From a virus (Duplodnaviria > Caudoviricetes): DNA of 45,432 nt. Below are positions 36,032 to 44,277 of this stretch, piece by piece; position 1 is the first letter of the stretch; each line of letters starts with the position of its first letter. The stretch lies in IMG/VR virus record IMGVR_UViG_3300022745_000054, positions 1 through 45,432 of that record; one strand, given 5' to 3'. A program made the translations under genes and the position numbers. Under the pieces are notes generated by a model, which saw only the letters and a program-made list of their open reading frames with translations, searched no databases and was not told the DNA's origin.

Positions 36032-37962
36032 CGTCTTTCCTTTTTGATAGCTCCAATGTCACGGAGCAGGTTGTTGGCTTCAGTGAGGTAGAAGCCGTAA
36101 TCGATATCGGCTGGCATGCCTTCGCACAGCGTCATCAATGGGGTTGCGTTGTCGGAGCCAGCCACCTTTGCGCGGTTCGAAACGCGCTCCAGGCACACAT
36201 TGCTTGTGCTGCTGCGATACCAGCGCACGACCTTGCCGAGATACATTGCGTCGGTTGTCAGAAAGCGCGGCGCAGGGCGCGACTTGCGTTTCTCTGTGTA
36301 CGTCTTGCCCTGGTGCGTCATCGTCCATTCGCGCGGTGCTGTCTCGACCCACTGGTCAACCATGTCCATTCGAGTAGGCAACTGCGCACCGCCCGTGACA
36401 CGCTGAGCACGCAGGAACTGGCGCACGTCTTTGCTGCCGAGGATGGTCTGCGCCAGAGGCACACCCTTGTCCAGAAACTCGCACACGGCCACGTTCACAA
36501 TGTCGTAGTCGGGGTTCTTCATGGTGCCCGCCAGGGTCAGCGTGCCCTTGGCCTTGTAGCCACCACCATCCTTGAGCGCGAGGTAGTTGTTCACGTCGCG
36601 GCTGTACAGCGCGCGGTAGCGTGTTTCCTCAGTCTCCAAGCCGGTTTCGCGTTCCCATTGGGCGACGATCTCCAGCATGCGCGGCTCAAGGTGTGTGGGG
36701 CATACCATCACAATGCCGTCCGTGTTGGCGCTCACCACGGGGATGCCAGCGCCTTCCATGCGTTCGATCAGCATCAAGATTGCAAGCTGGCCGGTGACGG
36801 TTACCTGTATCAGCAAGTCGGGTGAATAGAGCACGCTGTACTTGCTGCCCAGCTTGCCGAATGAGCCGTTCATAACGATCTTCAGCGTCTGCGTCACAGA
36901 CTTATTGCCAGCCTTCTTTGCAGCCATACGGCGCTCGAAAAACTGCTTGTAAACCTTCTGGAAGTGGTCGCCCATACTCTTGGGTGACAGACCGCATTGC
37001 AAGATCAGCGAGGGGTAGTAGCTCACCACGTCGCGGTCACGAATCAGCAGCGTGTCGCTGGCAATGACCGCTTGGCTCTGTTCGCTGCTATGCAGGCCAC
37101 CGATGCCCATCTTGTAGTTCGACTGGCCGATATTGATGTAGCGGTCCAGCGATGCAGGCAGCTCCACTTGGCCGGTCTTCTGCACCACGAAGTCAGCGTT
37201 CAGCACATCGTCAAGTACACCTTGCAGAATGACGCTGCGGAACTTGATGAATGCCGGGGGCTTGTATTTGAAGCGCGTGCCAGCGGGCACCTTCTGCGGA
37301 TAGACGCGCTGGTCAAGCGCCCTCTCGACACGCGCTTTGATCATCGCTTCGGCGCACTGCGCATCCGACTTTGAGCGCATGTCGATACCGTATTCTTCGG
37401 TCAGCAATTCGCGCGTGGCGATGATGTTGTCTTTTGGGTCCGTGGCCTTCAACCACAGGTCAATCGTCGTGTCCAGATCGTTGTCGTTGTAGCCACGGAT
37501 GATCGGGAACTGCTCGGGCTGAATCCACTCATCGTGCTCGATGGGCATGTCCTGTAAACGCTTGGAGTGCAGGCGTGCGCCGTACAGCTTCAGCGAGATC
37601 ATCACGCCGGGGACTGGCTCTTTCAAGTCGATGTGATCGACGCCGCGCAGCTTTGGCACCTCGTATTCACGATAGAACTCGAAGTCGCGCATTTGGCTCT
37701 GGATGATCACGTCGCTCAGCTCTTTGAGGCGACGGTTGCTTACGCACTGCAACGCGGTGTTGACCATTGGAAAGTCGTAGCCGGTGCCGTTGAATGTCAC
37801 GATGGTGAAGGCCAGGAGAATGTCGCGCACCGCATCAACATCCAGCGGGTGCCCTTCGTACTGCTCGAAGTAGCGGAACTTGCGTGTGTCAACGCTCTTG
37901 AAGCCGACCATGAAGTAGTTGGGCAGGCACTCCACGTCCATGACCAATACACGCTTTTTCAT
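36028..37962 (-). CDS. DNA polymerase, family B, with 3'-5' exonuclease
   Basis: Exonuclease motifs DVE, FNG.GYD, YNDND; polymerase motifs DVVSYYPS, KIVMNGSFGK, SANTDGI, DVNNY. Confidence 0.9.
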   Translation of the reverse strand: MKKRVLVMDVECLPNYFMVGFKSVDTRKFRYFEQYEGHPLDVDAVRDILLAFTIVTFNGTGYDFPMVNTALQCVSNRRLKELSDVIIQSQMRDFEFYREYEVPKLRGVDHIDLKEPVPGVMISLKLYGARLHSKRLQDMPIEHDEWIQPEQFPIIRGYNDNDLDTTIDLWLKATDPKDNIIATRELLTEEYGIDMRSKSDAQCAEAMIKARVERALDQRVYPQKVPAGTRFKYKPPAFIKFRSVILQGVLDDVLNADFVVQKTGQVELPASLDRYINIGQSNYKMGIGGLHSSEQSQAVIASDTLLIRDRDVVSYYPSLILQCGLSPKSMGDHFQKVYKQFFERRMAAKKAGNKSVTQTLKIVMNGSFGKLGSKYSVLYSPDLLIQVTVTGQLAILMLIERMEGAGIPVVSANTDGIVMVCPTHLEPRMLEIVAQWERETGLETEETRYRALYSRDVNNYLALKDGGGYKAKGTLTLAGTMKNPDYDIVNVAVCEFLDKGVPLAQTILGSKDVRQFLRAQRVTGGAQLPTRMDMVDQWVETAPREWTMTHQGKTYTEKRKSRPAPRFLTTDAMYLGKVVRWYRSSTSNVCLERVSNRAKVAGSDNATPLMTLCEGMPADIDYGFYLTEANNLLRDIGAIKKERR

Positions 37963-37983
37963 ACCATCCCTTGTCGAATAAAA

Positions 37984-38380
37984 GTGGTTATTGCTGTGCT
38001 TCCCGCTTCAGTTCTTGCGTCGGGGCAGCGGGTAACAACTGGCCTGTTAGGTGCCAGCGCCGGTCTTTTGACCACGAAACGTGCCGCCTATGAACTACTC
38101 GGGGGCAACACGTCTTTCAGCACAACCTGTTTGCCGGGTAACCACCCCAGCTCGAAAGGCGCTCCGACCCGGTGTTCTTGGTATGGCCGCTGTGCTTCGC
38201 ATGAAGCAGCGGTCACGATGGCTGTATCTCAAATTGAGGTTTGCAACGGCGCTAACCCGTTGCGCACAGCAGCCATGCCAAGAGCACCGGAGAACTGGTC
38301 AGGGGTCGCATAAAGCAGCGTGGGAGACACCCAGGAACCCAACACGCCACGGCGCTAACCCGTGGCACCCTGACCAGTTC
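37984..38380. ncRNA. structured non-coding region: three consecutive stem-closed multibranch domains
   Basis: Closing stems 37984/38145, 38169/38290 (19 bp) and 38292/38380 (13 bp perfect); duplicated hairpin with loop CGCTAAC; no credible ORF. Flanking genes are on the - strand, but wobble evidence for strand is mixed. Confidence 0.6.
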
Positions 38381-38386
38381 AAACCC

Positions 38387-39289
38387 TTATGTTTCCTCGC
38401 GCGCCTTGACGCCGCCGAAGGCCACAATCAGCTCGGACAACATGAAGCGCAGTTCGCCGGTCATGATCATCATGTCGGCGCGCTGCTGGTCTTCGTTGTC
38501 ATCGCTCTGGCCTTCAAACACACCTTCGAGGAACACCAACTTGCGCAGCTTGAAGTCGTCGGTGAGCACGAACGAAACACGGTCGTTCCATGTCAGCGCC
38601 AGTTTGGTCACGCGCTTGCCCTGCTTGATGTGGGTGCGAATGTCGTCGGTATCCAAGTTCTCTTTGGCGTACTTCACCGTTGCTTTCGATTCGTCGCACG
38701 CGCGCAGTTCGCACTCGCGGTCGATGCTGAATGCAGCGTCGGTTTCGTTCTCGCTCAACCACTGGGCCATCAACGTGCCAGGGTCTTTTGCAAGGTGTAA
38801 CGTTTCGAGTTGTAGGCTTTCCAAAGCGCGCACCAGCGATGTGATGATGCGGTCGGACTTGGCCTTGCTGGGCGTATTGATCACAATCCAGCCAGCCTTC
38901 GTATCAATCCAGACATGGGTGATCGACTCGGTGGGGAGCGTGCGCGGCAGCAGATCAAACACGCATTCCTCTTTGAGTTCGCGGGTTTCTTTCTTGCCGG
39001 GTTTGCGGCCAGTGGTATCGACAATCGCGGCGATCTTCGCGGCCAGCGCAGCCTTCAGGGCGGTGCTCGGGATGCGCTTCACTTCGGACTTGAACGCAAG
39101 CAGCAACTGGCCGTCGATGTTGCGCACGAACTGCGACTCATGGACATGGGCCCAGCCGTGAGACTCGGCCTGGGCGGGCGTGACAGGAACGTGTGCGTGG
39201 TCGATCAGTGAGAACTCAAGGTCGCTGGCATCAATAGACCACTGCTTCGTAGTGCGGAAAACTTGTAGATTCTTGAAAAACATAAACAC
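38387..39289 (-). CDS. rdgC: recombination-associated protein RdgC
   Basis: FFKNLQVFR, S.GW, GRKPGKKE..ELKE....LLPR, F.IDRECEL, GKRVTKLALTWNDRVSFVLTDD...RKL, ADM.IMTGEL..ML..L..AFGG. Confidence 0.93.
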   Translation of the reverse strand: MFMFFKNLQVFRTTKQWSIDASDLEFSLIDHAHVPVTPAQAESHGWAHVHESQFVRNIDGQLLLAFKSEVKRIPSTALKAALAAKIAAIVDTTGRKPGKKETRELKEECVFDLLPRTLPTESITHVWIDTKAGWIVINTPSKAKSDRIITSLVRALESLQLETLHLAKDPGTLMAQWLSENETDAAFSIDRECELRACDESKATVKYAKENLDTDDIRTHIKQGKRVTKLALTWNDRVSFVLTDDFKLRKLVFLEGVFEGQSDDNEDQQRADMMIMTGELRFMLSELIVAFGGVKAREET

Positions 39290-39302
39290 CTCAGATATTC
39301 GG

Positions 39303-39330
39303 AAAAAAGACCCTGACCCGAAGGCCAGGG
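39303..39330 (-). terminator. Rho-independent terminator upstream of rdgC
   Basis: - strand CCCTGGCC-TTCG-GGTCAGGG-TCTTTTTT (cUUCGg tetraloop). Confidence 0.85.
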
Positions 39331-39370
39331 CAAAGGCGCGAGTGATCTCAGCGCAAGGGAGACAACTGGT

Positions 39371-39658
39371 TTAGGCGGTGCGCCACACACCCACGGATGT
39401 TTCGTCGGTCACCGGGTCGATGTACTTCGTCACGCGGAACTTGAAGTCGCTGGACGTGATCTTTTTAAAGCGCTGCACCTTGGCACGAACTTGATTCAGA
39501 ACCTTGTCCACGGTGGAGTCGGCAGCGACCGGGAAAAGGATGCTGCTGCCCACGTTGAACTGCTCCAGAGGCAACAGCTCAGCAGGACGACCCAAAGGCT
39601 TGACTTCAGGCATAGGAATGTCGGAACGGATTTCGTAGGTGGTTGCGGTATTGGTCAT
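39371..39658 (-). CDS. small putative DNA-binding protein
   Basis: IRSDIPMP...GR....PLEQFNVG.S..F...F.......VGVWR; pattern common in small phage proteins. Confidence 0.7.
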   Translation of the reverse strand: MTNTATTYEIRSDIPMPEVKPLGRPAELLPLEQFNVGSSILFPVAADSTVDKVLNQVRAKVQRFKKITSSDFKFRVTKYIDPVTDETSVGVWRTA

Positions 39659-39693
39659 GGTTTTCTCTTTGAAGTTGAGTTGAGGGGAGAGGG

Positions 39694-40311
39694 TTAGAAC
39701 AGGTCAGCGCCAGTGGTGGTCGCACCAGCGGTGCCGCCAACATCGGGCAGGGTGCCGAACATGTCGGCGTTGGGGCGGGTGCCGTTGAAGGCTTCGCCGT
39801 CTTCAACAAACTGCACAGCCAACAACTTGGCGTCGATGCGCTTGCCGATCTTTGGGCCTTCGTGGGCATAGATTTCGATGGCTGCATTCACGATGCAACC
39901 GCCGTACACGGTGCCGTCATCGTCCAGCGGCTGCTTGGCGCGATTGACCACGGCGGGCTTCAGCGCATTGCGGGCCACGACATAGAAGTTGCCGCCGAAG
40001 CCGTTGCGCACATTGCCTTCTTTGTCCAGATTGGAGTCACCACGGCGCAGGCACTTTTTGTCTTTGGACAGCTCAGCGATGATGGCCGGTGCGTTCTTGC
40101 CGAACTTCACATTACCGACATGCACGAAGGCTGCTTGAGCCATCTTGAACGCGGGGCTATCAGGGGTCATGATGAAGCTGGCACCGAACTTGGGTTCGCT
40201 TTCACTACCAGGGATGGCGTTGCCGACCTTGAACAGATCGGGGTATGCGAGGCGCACGTCATTCAGGACAACCATGACGGAAGACTGGGCGGGAAAAGTA
40301 ATATCGGACAT
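39694..40311 (-). CDS. ssDNA-binding protein (DUF2815)
   Basis: VRLAYPDLF...PKFGASFI, LRRGD, P.VV.R...PL....VYGGC.VNA, L.AVQFV.DGEAF.G, acidic tail ending DLF. Confidence 0.88.
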   Translation of the reverse strand: MSDITFPAQSSVMVVLNDVRLAYPDLFKVGNAIPGSESEPKFGASFIMTPDSPAFKMAQAAFVHVGNVKFGKNAPAIIAELSKDKKCLRRGDSNLDKEGNVRNGFGGNFYVVARNALKPAVVNRAKQPLDDDGTVYGGCIVNAAIEIYAHEGPKIGKRIDAKLLAVQFVEDGEAFNGTRPNADMFGTLPDVGGTAGATTTGADLF

Positions 40312-40319
40312 AGGATTTC

Positions 40320-41771
40320 TCAGTTAAAAAGGTCGATTTCTTCCACTGCGGGTGCAGCGGTGGGACTGGGGATTTCTTCAAAGAGGTCAGCGCCGTCATC
40401 CAGCGTGTGACGTGTAGGTCGGTGGTCGCTTTCGAGCGCGATCTCCGCTTTGCCAGGGGCTTGCGTGATCAGCTCTTGCAGGCGCTTCCACTTCAGCGGG
40501 CCGATAGGCGCGGGCGGCGGGGCTTCAGAGCCTTTCTTGCGTGACTTGCGCTGGCCTGCGTGCTTCTCCATTTGTGCGGGAGACAGCAGTTCGCGCTTGT
40601 AGGCAATCGACTCGGGGATGCTCATTTCCTTGATGGCAGCAACCACCTTGGCTTCGTCGTCCCACTTGCGATTACCCATCGCGCCGGTCACCAGCTTGAA
40701 CTTTTCGCCCTGGCCATTGATCACAGTCAGGCCGTTGTCCAGCGCCATGAACATGCGTGCAGTCACGTCCTTGACCCACTCATTGACCAGTGGCAGCAGC
40801 TCGTACAACTGGCCCAGGCGCTGTTCAGCGATAGGCTTGCGTTGCGGGTTGCTGAGGTCTTCAAAGTTCACCAGAACGGCGTCCAGCACCTTTTCTTCAC
40901 GGGCCTTGCACGACAAGCGGGCAGGGCAGAAGAAGCAGTTTTCAGACGTTGGGTTCAGCGGCGCATTGGGGTCGCGTGTCAGGTCGGCTGACAGTTGCAG
41001 CTCAGCGATAAAAGCGTTGAACGCCTTGCCGCCGTCGCCCACTTCCATCTTGTATTCCGACACATGGTTCAGTGCGGGCTGCACGATGATCATCACGCCG
41101 CGTGTCACGGTGCCGAAGAAGTCGTAAGCACGCAGGGCACCGGACAGATACATCGCCAGTTGCGAGTTCGGTTCGATCACAGCCGCTTCCAATACGGTGC
41201 CGTCAGCATCAATAATTGCTGGCTTCACCATGTCGAACGCATTGACCTTGCCGCGTCCAAACTTCGCGTCGATGACAGTGATGGTCTGCTCGGTAACCAC
41301 TACCACGTCAGTGCGGCCAGTGGCCTCAGCTTCGGCAGTGATATGGTCGATTGGCACAGCCACCTCAACATGCAGTTCACCGCCGTGCAGCTCCACGTAG
41401 TCGAGCACGAAGCCCATGTACTGGTTGCAGTCGTCAATGAACTCTTTGTCGATGACGATCTCAGCCTGGACGATGAAGCCAGCGCGGTTGATCTCGGACT
41501 CCATTGCTTCTGCTTCGCGGTCAGGTTTGTCAACCTCACTCACGAACAGAACCTTCTGGCCCAGCAGATCGTTCACGTTGTCTTTGCCAGCGATCAGCGC
41601 GTTACCGCTGACGTAGTGCTTTGCGGTGCCCAGGCGGGATGCCGGGTTCGACTTGCGCGGGATGCCGGTGGACATACGCACAGAACCCAGGCAACCCTTG
41701 CCTCGACGCCACCGCTTGCTGCCCGAGGGGGACAGCACAGCATGTGTTGCCACTTCAGGAACGTGGCTCAT
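40320..41771 (-). CDS. DUF2800 Cas4/RecB-like PD-(D/E)XK exonuclease
   Basis: HAVLSPSGS.RW..C.GS, GT.KH, VEV.V, GRTD, IDAKFGRG.V, NSQL.MY, IVQP, CFFCPA...C, G.RKW, LLSPAQMEK. Confidence 0.9.
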   Translation of the reverse strand: MSHVPEVATHAVLSPSGSKRWRRGKGCLGSVRMSTGIPRKSNPASRLGTAKHYVSGNALIAGKDNVNDLLGQKVLFVSEVDKPDREAEAMESEINRAGFIVQAEIVIDKEFIDDCNQYMGFVLDYVELHGGELHVEVAVPIDHITAEAEATGRTDVVVVTEQTITVIDAKFGRGKVNAFDMVKPAIIDADGTVLEAAVIEPNSQLAMYLSGALRAYDFFGTVTRGVMIIVQPALNHVSEYKMEVGDGGKAFNAFIAELQLSADLTRDPNAPLNPTSENCFFCPARLSCKAREEKVLDAVLVNFEDLSNPQRKPIAEQRLGQLYELLPLVNEWVKDVTARMFMALDNGLTVINGQGEKFKLVTGAMGNRKWDDEAKVVAAIKEMSIPESIAYKRELLSPAQMEKHAGQRKSRKKGSEAPPPAPIGPLKWKRLQELITQAPGKAEIALESDHRPTRHTLDDGADLFEEIPSPTAAPAVEEIDLFN

Positions 41772-41941
41772 GCCAGCACCTGACTAGTCTTCCAACCACC
41801 GTTGCTATCGCGTTGGCTGGCACCAAACGGGCCACCAGCGCGCATGTAGGTGATAGGGCATGCATGGGTGCCGTGGAAGACCCACGCGGGGGTCAGCACG
41901 CCACCTTGCATCATTGCCATAAACAGGGCGTTGGGGTGCAT
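41768..41941 (-). CDS. small hypothetical protein (57 aa; absent from the ORF track)
   Basis: MHPNALFMAMMQGG...KTSQVLA*; starts 3 nt after the upstream stop, and its TGA overlaps the DUF2800 ATG (ATGA). Confidence 0.55.
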   Translation of the reverse strand: MHPNALFMAMMQGGVLTPAWVFHGTHACPITYMRAGGPFGASQRDSNGGWKTSQVLA

Positions 41942-41944
41942 GGA

Positions 41945-42595
41945 TTACAAGCCCAGCAGTTGCGCTTCGATGGCTGCGATCAGGTCAGCGTTACTGGCCT
42001 TGCCCTTGAGGTCAGGCACCTTTGCAGCGCCGAACTTCTGCAACACCACCAACATGCCGGGTTGCTGCTGAGCCTTGTGCAGCTCACGCATCTTTTCGAC
42101 CACCTGCTCAAAGCTGGGTTCGCTGCTTGCCGATTCGGATGAGGCAGTCGATGCAGGGGTGGGGGTCGCCGCAGCTTGCGCCTTGGAGGCTTGTTCCGCT
42201 GCAACTGCCGCTGCCGACGCGAACTTTTTTTCCAGTTCGGCTTTCTTCGCAAGATATTCAGCGCCGCTGACGATCACAGCACCGGCCAGGGTGCAGTCCA
42301 TGTCGCCAGGGACTTGGCGATACACGGTGTTGTGCGCTTCAACGATGAAGTAGCGGGTGCCTGCCGGGTCGCCGGGAATCAGGTAGCCGGGTTCTTCTTT
42401 GAAGGTCTGCACGGGCGCTTCGGCAGTCACCGTGGCAGCAGGTGCAGCTTCAGCGACAACTTCTTTCTTGGGGCGTCCGGGTTTGGCCGGGGCGGCGGGT
42501 GCGCTCACAGCGCCTGCTTCTGCTGCGGTCGAAAGCACCGTGATCAATTGCTTCAGCACTTGGGTGTTTTCGAGGATTGCTTGTTCAAGACTCAC
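41945..42595 (-). CDS. hypothetical protein, first gene of the replication operon
   Basis: GGAGAA RBS then GTG 42595 (MSLEQAILENT); Ala/Pro-rich linkers and a helical C-terminal domain, as often found upstream of DUF2800. Confidence 0.75.
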   Translation of the reverse strand: MSLEQAILENTQVLKQLITVLSTAAEAGAVSAPAAPAKPGRPKKEVVAEAAPAATVTAEAPVQTFKEEPGYLIPGDPAGTRYFIVEAHNTVYRQVPGDMDCTLAGAVIVSGAEYLAKKAELEKKFASAAAVAAEQASKAQAAATPTPASTASSESASSEPSFEQVVEKMRELHKAQQQPGMLVVLQKFGAAKVPDLKGKASNADLIAAIEAQLLGL

Positions 42596-42611
42596 TTGTT
42601 TCTCCAGTTCG

Positions 42612-42744
42612 TTTAGCAAAATTGCTGGAACGAAATGTATGACGTTTTGCAAAAGAAAAATGCGAAACGCTTGCATCAATGCAAAATTGAGTGCTAAACT
42701 TGCAGCCGTGCAGCACACATGCACTATTTAGCAAGGATTTAGCA
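42612..42744. promoter_or_regulatory. divergent control region with four TGCTAAA/TTTAGCA boxes
   Basis: AT-rich strand switch; rightward TTGCAT-18 nt-TAAACT (42671-42700); heptamers at 42612, 42692, 42727 and 42738. Confidence 0.6.
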
Positions 42745-42956
42745 TGAACTTTTTGAAGCAACTAGCCGACTTCGCAAAGAAGTCGTTTGAGAAACCCAGC
42801 GCAGAAGTGATGGCGAAGCGCGAATTGGCCGACGCACAGCGCGCCCTGCTGGAAGCGGAAAGCGGCCAGGAATACGCCAAGCGCATGAGTGAGTACCACC
42901 GTGACCGCATCCGTCGCCTGACGGCCTACATGAAGCAAGAGGGGGTCAATGCGTAA
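42744..42956 (+). CDS. hypothetical helical protein
   Basis: AAGGA RBS; 70 aa; first gene of the rightward small-gene cluster. Confidence 0.7.
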   Translation: MNFLKQLADFAKKSFEKPSAEVMAKRELADAQRALLEAESGQEYAKRMSEYHRDRIRRLTAYMKQEGVNA

Positions 42957-43270
42957 TGGGTCGCAAGTGTTCCAGCCCTATCGCGCAGGCACTGCTGATC
43001 AAGCAGCTCAGCGTCGATTCGGCCACCTACGAAGAAATGTCGAACCTCACCGGCCTCAGCCCGCGCACGCTGGCATCACTGGTCAAAGAGTTCCGTTTTC
43101 ACAACCTGATGCACATCGCCGGATGGGACGCCGACACACGCGGTTTCCCCACGGTGGCGCGCTTCGCCTGGGGCCACAAGCCTGACGCGATTCGCCCATC
43201 TATTCCGCGCTCCGTGATGCAGAAAAACCTTCGCCAGCGCAAGCAAGCACTGGCAGCTCTCCCCTCGTAA
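42956..43270 (+). CDS. putative HTH DNA-binding protein
   Basis: ATYEEMSNLTGLSPRTLASLV HTH-like segment, then HIAGW..D.RG wing-like strands. Confidence 0.6.
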   Translation: MGRKCSSPIAQALLIKQLSVDSATYEEMSNLTGLSPRTLASLVKEFRFHNLMHIAGWDADTRGFPTVARFAWGHKPDAIRPSIPRSVMQKNLRQRKQALAALPS

Positions 43271-43274
43271 ATCA

Positions 43275-43592
43275 ATGAAAGAACCCATGAATCAAGCACA
43301 AGAAATTCAACGCGAACGCTCTATCGAATCCCTACTGGAAGACGAGCGCCCCACGTTTGAACAGTTCACGTATCGCCGCTACTTGGCTGAGCGTCAGAGC
43401 CGCACGATGGTTCTCGACACGGCCATGCCGGTAAGCATTCAAGGGCTGTGCTGGAAGAACAACGATGGCAGCTACGGCGTCGAGCGCATCAACCATGCAT
43501 GGCTGGGCTGGAAGGCGCGCGCCATGTACCAAATCCTGATGACTCAGGCCACGCAACCTGCTGACGGAGGTACTGACGATGTGGTGGGTTGA
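43275..43592 (+). CDS. hypothetical protein
   Basis: DGSY....INHAWLGWKARA phage-type motif; fits the operon. Confidence 0.65.
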   Translation: MKEPMNQAQEIQRERSIESLLEDERPTFEQFTYRRYLAERQSRTMVLDTAMPVSIQGLCWKNNDGSYGVERINHAWLGWKARAMYQILMTQATQPADGGTDDVVG

Positions 43593-43722
43593 TGACGCAG
43601 CGGCGGTGATACGCCAGATCGGCAACTGGGTGTTCAACTTTTTGGTGGCACTCGGAATGGTGGGCGCGGTGGGCATCTTCGCGCTGTATTCGGCTGGGTT
43701 TTTCCACTGGATTTTCAAATGA
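43579..43722 (+). CDS. small membrane protein (47 aa; absent from the ORF track)
   Basis: GGAGG RBS; MWWVDDAAAVIRQIGNWVFNFLVALGMVGAVGIFALYSAGFFHWIFK*; TGA overlaps the next ATG. Confidence 0.7.
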   Translation: MWWVDDAAAVIRQIGNWVFNFLVALGMVGAVGIFALYSAGFFHWIFK

Positions 43723-43916
43723 AGTCGCCCATCCCCACAGCCGTGCTCACAACCGGCGAACTCTACGAGGGCATTACCACCTACCACGGGCTTGGTTCGA
43801 TGCGCTGGTGCGCCCTGTGCGGCACGCACAAGGTTCCTGGCGGCGGGCATATCAAGCAGGTGTTCGGTGGCAAGCACTGGGTTTGCCAGCTACATAAAAA
43901 GCCTGCTAAAAAATAA
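43719..43916 (+). CDS. small Zn-finger-like protein
   Basis: CALC...CQLH; ATGA coupling with the upstream ORF. Confidence 0.6.
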   Translation: MKSPIPTAVLTTGELYEGITTYHGLGSMRWCALCGTHKVPGGGHIKQVFGGKHWVCQLHKKPAKK

Positions 43917-43958
43917 ATTTGATTATGTATTGCTAAATGCTAAATAGCGGCATACAAT
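43904..43958 (+). promoter_or_regulatory. sigma70 early promoter with three TGCTAAA boxes
   Basis: TTGCTA (43930-43935)-17 nt-TACAAT (43953-43958), AT-rich upstream region, GGAGAA RBS downstream; heptamers at 43904, 43931 and 43938. Confidence 0.8.
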
Positions 43959-43986
43959 TTCAAACATCAACAACGGAGAACCCAAC

Positions 43987-44277
43987 ATGACCACGAAAGC
44001 AAACAGTCAGTTCAAGGCCGGTTCAGGTGTGTATCGCTGCCGCTGCTGCGGCCACAACACGCGCCACACGGGCGGCGATGGCTCGGGCGTGCAACTGTGT
44101 GACCTGTGCTACGACTTGGCCGGTGAGGAAAACCACATCTCTGACAAGGGTGGCAAGACCTATGACAGCGCCGAGAACGTCACCGCCATGCTGGCCGCGC
44201 TCGACAAGCGCAATGGTGCAGGGACGGCTGCAAAGCTGTTCGATGCAGTGTGCAAAGTGGTTTGGTACGGCCAGTGA
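43987..44277 (+). CDS. hypothetical Zn-binding protein
   Basis: CRCC...CDLC; good promoter and RBS. Confidence 0.75.
   Translation: MTTKANSQFKAGSGVYRCRCCGHNTRHTGGDGSGVQLCDLCYDLAGEENHISDKGGKTYDSAENVTAMLAALDKRNGAGTAAKLFDAVCKVVWYGQ

Noticed and set aside
38070-38125. Hammerhead ribozyme (CTGAAAGA followed by a stem on the - strand)
   Set aside because: The core has an extra base and the stem is followed by TTCG rather than GAAA.
38250-38256. Hairpin loop complement GTTAGCG also occurs at the end of late promoter copy 3
   Set aside because: A 7-nt match in one of four copies is expected by chance.
37963-38386. tRNA gene or C4 antisense RNA in the structured spacer
   Set aside because: No T-loop/D-loop consensus or cloverleaf. 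GCTAACCC loosely recalls C4-type loops, but the architecture and icd/ant context are absent.
40320-41771. Cas4-like protein as a sign of CRISPR-Cas
   Set aside because: It is the common phage DUF2800 nuclease; no repeat-spacer array or other cas gene is present.
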